From a virus (taxonomy: Duplodnaviria; Caudoviricetes), in the IMG/VR virus record IMGVR_UViG_3300030433_001675, positions 1-39,504 of that record: 39,504 nucleotides of DNA; one strand, given 5' to 3'. Positions 33,245 through 39,504 of this stretch are shown here, piece after piece. Both the position numbers and the translations under genes were made by a program. Each line of letters starts with the position of its first letter. Position 1 is the first letter of the stretch. The notes under the pieces were generated by a model. That model ran no database searches, was not told where the DNA came from, and saw only the letters and a list, made by a program, of their open reading frames with translations.

Positions 33245-34144
33245 TTATCGCATTGAGGCTCGCTTCGCGTCTTCTACTGAACCGCCATTGAGGATGATGT
33301 CAAGTGCAACGTCGTCTGCTTCATCAGGAGTCAGTGGTCTTTCAGCTCGTACCGTTGTGCCTCGCGGCGGGGTGGAAATCTTAGCTGGATCTACTGACGT
33401 TCCCCTGTCTCTTGCCTCAGACCTTGGAACTCCCATAACCTCTGTGACGGCACGTTGGGCGAGGCCCTCAATGCCATTGAATTCACCTGGAGAAGATGTA
33501 TAGAGCTCTGTCATCCGATCTGCAATCGTCGCTTTCTCACGCTCCGACACTTCGTCGTAATTCATGAGAGCCTGATCAATCCGCAGCTTGGCGATTTCGC
33601 CTATCAACGTCTCCACAAGTAACTTCTGCTGAGGATCTTCTGGAGCAGCAGGCGGGTTAGCCTCCGGCTCTTTGGTCTCCACTGCTTCAGTCTCGGCGAC
33701 TTCCGTTGGTTCGGGGTCGTCAGGTGCGCTGCTTGGTTCCGCAGTCCGCGATTCGTCGCTTTCGGGTTGGTTGCCCTGAGCAGCGACCTGCTCTTCGAGA
33801 TGACGCATCCTTTCGGAATAGCCATCAACATTACCTTGCATCTCCATGAGTGTATCAGCCCATTCCGCAAGCTGCTCTGGTGTATCGGCCAGCTTGTTTA
33901 GGACTGCCTCAGGTACTTTAGCCCGTTTGAGAGCACGCTCTCGCTCAGGAGTCAGTGTGAGATCCTTAGGTTGTTCGTCTTGTACGACGGGTTCTGGCGA
34001 TTGTTCCCCAGAATCTTCCGTCTTTTTTGGTTCTTGTTGGGTGCGAGCCATAAGTTGCTCTTGTCGAGCAGTCTTTTGCTCGATAATCCGGTCAAGGATT
34101 GCGTCTTCTTCGTCTGAGAACTCTGCTTTAGTGTCTTCCGACAT
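33245..34144 (-). CDS. capsid scaffolding protein
   Basis: Acidic, Pro/Glu-rich with coiled-coil segments; lies between portal and capsid genes. Confidence 0.7.
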   Translation of the reverse strand: MSEDTKAEFSDEEDAILDRIIEQKTARQEQLMARTQQEPKKTEDSGEQSPEPVVQDEQPKDLTLTPERERALKRAKVPEAVLNKLADTPEQLAEWADTLMEMQGNVDGYSERMRHLEEQVAAQGNQPESDESRTAEPSSAPDDPEPTEVAETEAVETKEPEANPPAAPEDPQQKLLVETLIGEIAKLRIDQALMNYDEVSEREKATIADRMTELYTSSPGEFNGIEGLAQRAVTEVMGVPRSEARDRGTSVDPAKISTPPRGTTVRAERPLTPDEADDVALDIILNGGSVEDAKRASMR

Positions 34145-34446
34145 CAATCTCGCTCCAATCCATATCGCCCCATGATCTCTCTCTCATGTCTGCGAGAAGA
34201 AATAATGGGTTGGCCTTTTTTGTTTGTCTCACAGCCGGGCAGATTTCTTGGCATCTGTTGGCTGACGTACGGATACTTGTGAGTCACAACCTCTACCTCA
34301 GCAGATACTTGTGCGTCACTGACTAATCTTGTGAATCGTTCGCCATCACGCTCGATGACCGAACCAATCGGTGGTGCATCGGCCATACGAAAGTGGAACT
34401 CCACGATTTTTCCGTCTGATTCTCGGCTGAACTCGTACATCGGCAT
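34144..34446 (-). CDS. FmdB-like small protein (MPxYEF start, no Zn-binding Cys pairs)
   Basis: MPMYEF...G...E pattern at the usual post-portal position; TGATG coupling. Confidence 0.6.
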   Translation of the reverse strand: MPMYEFSRESDGKIVEFHFRMADAPPIGSVIERDGERFTRLVSDAQVSAEVEVVTHKYPYVSQQMPRNLPGCETNKKGQPIISSRRHEREIMGRYGLERD

Positions 34447-36212
34447 CAGAAACCACCTCTGCCGCGTGCTGATCGCTCTTGATTGCGCAATTCTTGCGTT
34501 GCATCTGCCGGCCCAGTCTGCATTCTGCTGCGAGCAGCCGCCTGTTGGGACGCAGCTTGGGCTTCTTTCTCTTGCATCTGAGCTTGTTGGGCCTGCTGAG
34601 CCTGCTCAACCGCCTTTTTCATCTCTTCAACGTTGAGAATGTCGCCCATATCTGGAATGTTCAAGGCATCTCCGACGATAGCCGTGAGTCTTTCCCAGTT
34701 GATGAACGGCATGGCTGCAACTTGCTGACCAACATTGCCGACAATTTGCAAAAGCTCAACCGCACGTCGCTGTTGAAGAGCTTCGCTGGTGCGTTCCATG
34801 GAATATGCCTGCACATCCAGGGTCATCTCGGCAAGATCAATACCCATCTCGCTACCCTTGGCCCGTGCCGGCAAGCCAAAGCTGGACGCTTGGGGTCCAA
34901 GTGGGATCTCAGTGTCGTCATTGACGATGTACCAAGCACACTTGTACATGGCTGAGTTGACGGCGTCTGCAAACTGGCGTTGGATGTAGCCAAGACGCAA
35001 ACCACTGGACGCGGAAGCGGTGGACACTTCAGTTGCGGTGGCATCACCGCTGACCGAACCACGGATGACCTCCGACATACCAGTCAATCGGTCGAGTCGA
35101 GCCGACATGATGTTCTGGTAAGCCATCTGCTGCTGGGTCACACCACCGATTTCCAGCGGTACAACCCGGTCGCGGTCCATGTTTTCGGCAGGAACCACGA
35201 ACATATCGGGCGTGGAGGCCACATCTTGGGCCATTTTGGAGCCCCGTGAATCCACCATGACCAGTCGTCGATAGGCCGCTGCGGAGTACGACATGGTCTT
35301 CGCATGGTCATTTGTCTCCTCAATCAGAGGCAAAGCCATGGTCATTGGACCTAGTGGGTACACATCAGACGGCACTGTGTAGGCTCCGAACACCGTGTAG
35401 GGGCCGCATGCGGGGCCGTAGTAGGGCTGTGGCTCGCCTGCAAGCTGTGCCGAGCCCTCTGCATCCTCTACGAGCCGGACGAGCCCACCGTGGTGTACAC
35501 CGTCCTTGGCGCCTTCTACCTCCAGCTCAGGAACCCACATCTCGATGATGGTGACTTCGTTCCTGTCTGGCACACTGACAGCACCCCGTGCGTACTCTTC
35601 TCTCTGACGGTCGTATGACGCCTTGAGATCGCGAACCACATCGAGGTCAAAAGCGTCGTCAGACTCCGCTTGAACCAACAGATCATCAAGATCCATGTTG
35701 TATTCATGACCAAAATATCGTGCTTCTCGGGCAGTCTCAGCTGCTGGGTCGATGAAGAATTTCTCGGGGGCTATTCGGTATACCCTGGGCATCAGACCGG
35801 CGCCACCCATGTCGATACGTCTCAGGTGCTTGACTGGCTCTGGGGTCACAAGTCCGACACCCCAGCACATGGTCATGTCTGTGGCCAGCTGTTGGAGCGT
35901 AGGACGCAGAGCAGACCGCTTGGCCCACTGGTTCATCCCAAGCTCAAGGGCTGAAGCTCGTTTGCTGTTTGCAGGGTCATCAGCCGTCACATGGATGCGT
36001 GGCACGTCGTAGGCCATACGGGGCAAGACGAGCGACACATACTGGCCGATGATGTTTTCGATGTCATGCTGATGGTCATAGCTGACATCAGACCGGTAAG
36101 CCAAGCCGGCAAACCGCTCCTTCATGCCTCGCCACTGACGCAGGTGTTTGTCTCTCCAGTCTCTTGCTGACCGGATTTCGTCCCTCAAGTTCTCTTCATT
36201 GATCCGAAGCAC
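34446..36212 (-). CDS. portal protein (podovirus/P22-like)
   Basis: AAGGAG SD; 588 aa; FFIDP.A, TGMSE..RG and TATEV motifs; Gln-rich C-terminal barrel. Confidence 0.85.
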   Translation of the reverse strand: MLRINEENLRDEIRSARDWRDKHLRQWRGMKERFAGLAYRSDVSYDHQHDIENIIGQYVSLVLPRMAYDVPRIHVTADDPANSKRASALELGMNQWAKRSALRPTLQQLATDMTMCWGVGLVTPEPVKHLRRIDMGGAGLMPRVYRIAPEKFFIDPAAETAREARYFGHEYNMDLDDLLVQAESDDAFDLDVVRDLKASYDRQREEYARGAVSVPDRNEVTIIEMWVPELEVEGAKDGVHHGGLVRLVEDAEGSAQLAGEPQPYYGPACGPYTVFGAYTVPSDVYPLGPMTMALPLIEETNDHAKTMSYSAAAYRRLVMVDSRGSKMAQDVASTPDMFVVPAENMDRDRVVPLEIGGVTQQQMAYQNIMSARLDRLTGMSEVIRGSVSGDATATEVSTASASSGLRLGYIQRQFADAVNSAMYKCAWYIVNDDTEIPLGPQASSFGLPARAKGSEMGIDLAEMTLDVQAYSMERTSEALQQRRAVELLQIVGNVGQQVAAMPFINWERLTAIVGDALNIPDMGDILNVEEMKKAVEQAQQAQQAQMQEKEAQAASQQAAARSRMQTGPADATQELRNQERSARGRGGF

Positions 36213-36504
36213 GTTTGCTCCTTGGTTTCTTTGGCGTAGCCTTCTTCGGTGGGTTATACGACGTAGGCTCCACAGGGACCAGATCCTCTTCCATATCTGA
36301 TCGACTCAAGAGCAACGGTGGTTCGCTGGCAATCTCCAGGTGGGTGAGCAATTCGTGACAGTCATCTTCAGGCACAAGGATCGTCTTCCGGCCCAGCATC
36401 TCTGAGCAATCAATCTGGAGATGGACGATTACATGCTGTGGCTTCACCTCAACAGCTGCAATGCTGCTTATCGGTAGATACACATTCATGACTCGAATCA
36501 ACAC
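36196..36504 (-). CDS. hypothetical protein between terL and portal
   Basis: YLPISSIAAVE beta pattern and basic tail; exact start uncertain. Confidence 0.6.
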   Translation of the reverse strand: MLIRVMNVYLPISSIAAVEVKPQHVIVHLQIDCSEMLGRKTILVPEDDCHELLTHLEIASEPPLLLSRSDMEEDLVPVEPTSYNPPKKATPKKPRSKRASDQ

Positions 36505-36519
36505 AGTCTCACCATACTG

Positions 36520-36602
36520 TTTTTTCCTCTCCTCTGTTCTCCTCTCTTCTCCTCTCCTCTAGGTTCGGTTTTAGCGTGACGGTTGCGTTACGCATGCGTT
36601 AC
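36520..36602. repeat. iteron-like repeats plus strand-asymmetric pyrimidine/purine tract; candidate replication origin
   Basis: GCGT(G/T)AC at 36574, 36585 and 36596 (11-bp period); seven pentamers CCTCT/GTTCT/CTTCT at 36526-36560; T6 run at 36520-36525. Confidence 0.6.
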
Positions 36603-38353
36603 TAACCAAGCCAGATGTCGTCGTCCATGTTGAGCATGGATCGCCAAGAGAAGTCAGGTTTGCCGTAATCCGATACGGGTCGTTCGCTCTCTGGGTTCAC
36701 TTCGCCCAGGAGCATCACGGCGCCACCAAAAGCGATGACCCGGTCACCGTGAGCGTCACGGGCTCCCGAGGACACGTCGATCTCCAGCCGAGCTGGTCCG
36801 ATGCCCCCGTCCTTGTAGATCACCGTAGATTCCATCTCATCCAGTATCTCCCCGTCAGGACAGATGACTGTGTCGTCAGCAATCGCTCGGGCAAGGTCAC
36901 CAAACAAAACACGCTTTGTAACCCGCGTAGAGGTCCATCCGACGCGTTTAGTACGGGTCTCAACCCGCTGTCCCAGCCGTTTGTGGTGAAACACGTTGTA
37001 ATATCTGAGCCTCTCAAAGTCATGTTGCATCGAAGCACCAGGCCCGTTGACTTCCCACCCAATGAGAACATCTGATCTGCCTCTGGCCCATGATCTCGCA
37101 GCACCGACTACCTCACGGGCAAGGTCATATGGTGGGATTGCCGGATCTACAAACGTGGCAACCACTTCCCGACTGTTCACATCCATCATCACGCAGCAGG
37201 CGTTCGCTGACCCTGTGCCGTAGCTGGGGTCCATAAATGCGACAAGCACCGAATGCTCATCGGGTTCGTTGAATATACGCCAGCGACCCGTTGGGTTATC
37301 CACAAGTTCTCCACGAATTGCCTCACATCTTCGTGGTTTGATGACGTAGTTGCGTTGTCTTTCGAGGTCAACCACCGGAAAGAAGCTCCGGCCACGGCTG
37401 GATGGCAATGCAAAGACGTTTTCGCGGAGGTCGTGGATGTCCCGACGCTTGATCTGACGCTCCAGCCAGGGTGACCACCAGTAACTCCGACCGGGGTCCC
37501 CAGTGATGGCGCCTTCAACATCGAGTCTCGGTTCGCCCCCCGCCGACTTCACTGGATCATCGACGTAGGTCAGAAGTATGTCTTTAGGGTCGTGGGTTGC
37601 TTTGGCCGTCTCCCACAGAGTATTTGTGAAATAAGACCCCACCAAGTGAGTCGAGACCGCCCAACGACTCGCAGCCGTGTCTGCTGCTGATCGCCATCCT
37701 TCCTCGAATCTGTCTTGGGATGCTGCTTCGTCGAACAGCACGACCGTCTTTCGAGCACCCCGGCCAATATGGGATGTAGTTGCCTCGCCCGTGATTGCGT
37801 TTCCATTTGGATGCTCCAGAATGCAGTGCCTACGTCTCTTGCCCCCGGACAGCAGCTCCTGCAACGGGCAGGGCAACCAAGACGGTGGCAGATATTTCAA
37901 CACATGCTCAGTCTTTGCGAACAGGGTATCGGGGTCCCCGGTCCTATCAACCAACGCTTCAGTCCGAGAACACAGCAGAACATCCCAGCCGTGGAACAGC
38001 CAGCCCCAAACCGCCACTGCTGTGCTCAAAACCGACACCCCGGTCTCACGACTCTTGGCCACAGCCATGTCACGTCCGCCGGCGACACAGTCCTGCATGG
38101 TTCTGATCATGTCCACCTGAGCTGGCCAAGGGATAAACGGGACCAGCTTCTGCTCCGCCGGACGCTCCTCACCCGTCTCCTCGTCCACAATCTTGACCCG
38201 CCGAGACCAAACACCCAGTGTTACGAACGCCACGGGGTCCCCAGCGGCCAACTCGCCCCAGGCCGCTACGTCAGCAGGCCCCCACCCAAACTCTTCAGGA
38301 GCCTTGGCGCCCGCAAGCACCAACCGGATGTTCTGGATCTCAAGCTCATTCAC
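36602..38353 (-). CDS. terL: terminase large subunit
   Basis: PWPAQ (Q motif), KSRETGVS (Walker A), VLFDEAA (Walker B), FMDPSYG and HGDRVIA nuclease motifs; GTG 38353 is the probable start. Confidence 0.92.
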   Translation of the reverse strand: MNELEIQNIRLVLAGAKAPEEFGWGPADVAAWGELAAGDPVAFVTLGVWSRRVKIVDEETGEERPAEQKLVPFIPWPAQVDMIRTMQDCVAGGRDMAVAKSRETGVSVLSTAVAVWGWLFHGWDVLLCSRTEALVDRTGDPDTLFAKTEHVLKYLPPSWLPCPLQELLSGGKRRRHCILEHPNGNAITGEATTSHIGRGARKTVVLFDEAASQDRFEEGWRSAADTAASRWAVSTHLVGSYFTNTLWETAKATHDPKDILLTYVDDPVKSAGGEPRLDVEGAITGDPGRSYWWSPWLERQIKRRDIHDLRENVFALPSSRGRSFFPVVDLERQRNYVIKPRRCEAIRGELVDNPTGRWRIFNEPDEHSVLVAFMDPSYGTGSANACCVMMDVNSREVVATFVDPAIPPYDLAREVVGAARSWARGRSDVLIGWEVNGPGASMQHDFERLRYYNVFHHKRLGQRVETRTKRVGWTSTRVTKRVLFGDLARAIADDTVICPDGEILDEMESTVIYKDGGIGPARLEIDVSSGARDAHGDRVIAFGGAVMLLGEVNPESERPVSDYGKPDFSWRSMLNMDDDIWLG

Positions 38354-38966
38354 TCGGCAGCTCTTTCCGATCAAAGCTCAGCTTACCAGCCCAAGCCTCC
38401 GCCGCAGCCTTGACCGCATCCGATCCAGCACCAATACCCATAATCGGACCACCGTTGGGACCCGACAGCTCAACACGCTCAATCCGGGGCAACCTGGCTC
38501 GCAGCCAAACCTCAGCCGCTCGAATCCGGTTCCGCTCATCCTCCGCATTCAACGCCATACCACGAAGCATGTCCATCATCGCCTGATCGCCCTGTGCCTC
38601 AGCTTCTGCTTCCTCCTCCCTGAAGCCCTCCTGACGGACTCGCCAGCTCCGCATGGTCTCGTAGTTCAAATCAATGATCCGACACGCCTCAGCCGCCGAC
38701 CAGCCCTGCCTACGGGCTTCTAGGTAAGGCAGCCTCTTGGTCTCCCACTGCCTGCTCTGTTTTGCAGGGGTTACCTCCGAGTCCCTTCCTGTGCGGGAAC
38801 CCTGACTGCAACTCGGGGCTGGCTGACCTGCATCCTGGCCCCCCCCTTGCTGCATGCCTGGCTCCCGGTCGCCTGCCTGTTCCTTGCGCGCGTGTTGGTC
38901 TGGTGGCTGCGCGTTGCTGGCTGCGGGCTGACGGGGGGGTTGCTGGTCAATGCGGGCTCGGGGCAT
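38346..38966 (-). CDS. terS: terminase small subunit (HTH); start uncertain
   Basis: SAAEACRIIDLNYETMRSW HTH, AAEVWL and VELSGPNGGPI motifs; overlaps the terL start; the N-terminal ~65 codons are low-complexity. Confidence 0.75.
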   Translation of the reverse strand: MPRARIDQQPPRQPAASNAQPPDQHARKEQAGDREPGMQQGGGQDAGQPAPSCSQGSRTGRDSEVTPAKQSRQWETKRLPYLEARRQGWSAAEACRIIDLNYETMRSWRVRQEGFREEEAEAEAQGDQAMMDMLRGMALNAEDERNRIRAAEVWLRARLPRIERVELSGPNGGPIMGIGAGSDAVKAAAEAWAGKLSFDRKELPSE

Positions 38967-39118
38967 GGCTGTTGTTCCTGTTCCCTGTATAGGGGAGAAT
39001 GGTCCGGCGATCTGGACAGATGCTGCCTCACGGTACAGGAACGGGGTTGTTCGGGTTCTGTTCGGGTAAAAAGTTTTTTCAACCAAATCCTGATTTTCTC
39101 CGATATCACGGAATCGCA

Positions 39119-39174
39119 TGGTATAATCCGTGCATCGAGGCGACGATAGCCTCTAATACTGGAGAACACTGACC
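39119..39174 (+). promoter_or_regulatory. extended -10 early promoter with leader hairpin and SD
   Basis: TGgTATAAT (39119-39127), hairpin GAGGC-7 nt-GCCTC (39137-39153), GGAGAACACTGACC-ATG. Confidence 0.7.
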
Positions 39175-39504
39175 ATGAACCAAATCAACCGCAACATCGA
39201 AGCCGCCACCAAAGCCGTCCGCATCCTTCTTGAGAACCAACAAACCACAGACCTGCCGAGCCGTGTCGATGGTGAAGTCAAGACCAAGATTGGCAAGCGT
39301 CTGGGCGGCGGCTGGTGCAAAGCCAATGGCGAGGAAATCCTCAACCGCATCGAGATCAAGACCAACATCCAAGGCGAGGACTGGGATTATGACCGATGGA
39401 TGCGAGACCTCGACAAGAAATGCTTGCAACTGGCGATGATGTTTGACTGCCAATGCCGCTTCGAGGACTTCGGTCACGGCACTCGCAATCGGCTTGAGGT
39501 CTAC
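39175..39504 (+). CDS. first early gene, 5' part (continues into 1..99; 142 aa in total)
   Basis: ATG follows the recurrent early RBS; 110 open codons to the window end (MNQINRNIEAATK...RNRLEVY); absent from the ORF track because it has no stop before the window end. Confidence 0.8.
   Translation, partial: MNQINRNIEAATKAVRILLENQQTTDLPSRVDGEVKTKIGKRLGGGWCKANGEEILNRIEIKTNIQGEDWDYDRWMRDLDKKCLQLAMMFDCQCRFEDFGHGTRNRLEVY

Overview
The window looks like a complete, circularly permuted ~39.5-kb tailed-phage genome with podovirus-type virion genes; an ORF starting at 39175 reads in frame across the end/start junction to a stop at 99. It has two divergent arms. The + strand arm (39175 through the junction to 8684) carries small early genes built from repeated promoter/hairpin/GGAGAACTGACC-ATG modules, an orphan C5-methyltransferase-like gene, a RecE-like nuclease, a lysozyme-like protein, a probable ssDNA-annealing protein, a replication initiator and RusA. 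The - strand arm (~38966 to 8671) carries terS, terL, portal, scaffold, major capsid, decoration, adaptor, accessory genes, tail fibre, nozzle, ejection proteins and a 3372-aa polyvalent-type protein. I recognised no DNA polymerase, helicase, primase, integrase, tRNA, CRISPR array or reverse transcriptase. Main observations: (1) a PEP-CTERM-like surface-protein gene whose middle encodes, on the opposite strand, a second recognisable phage protein with its own SD; (2) an iteron-plus-purine-tract element resembling a replication origin, located just downstream of terL rather than inside the initiator gene; (3) a giant protein divided into modules by repeated P-x(1-2)-F-A-R-basic motifs, with two HExxH motifs and a glycosylase-like module; (4) a five-hairpin intergenic RNA-like element. 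All family names come from motif recognition by eye; no searches were run.
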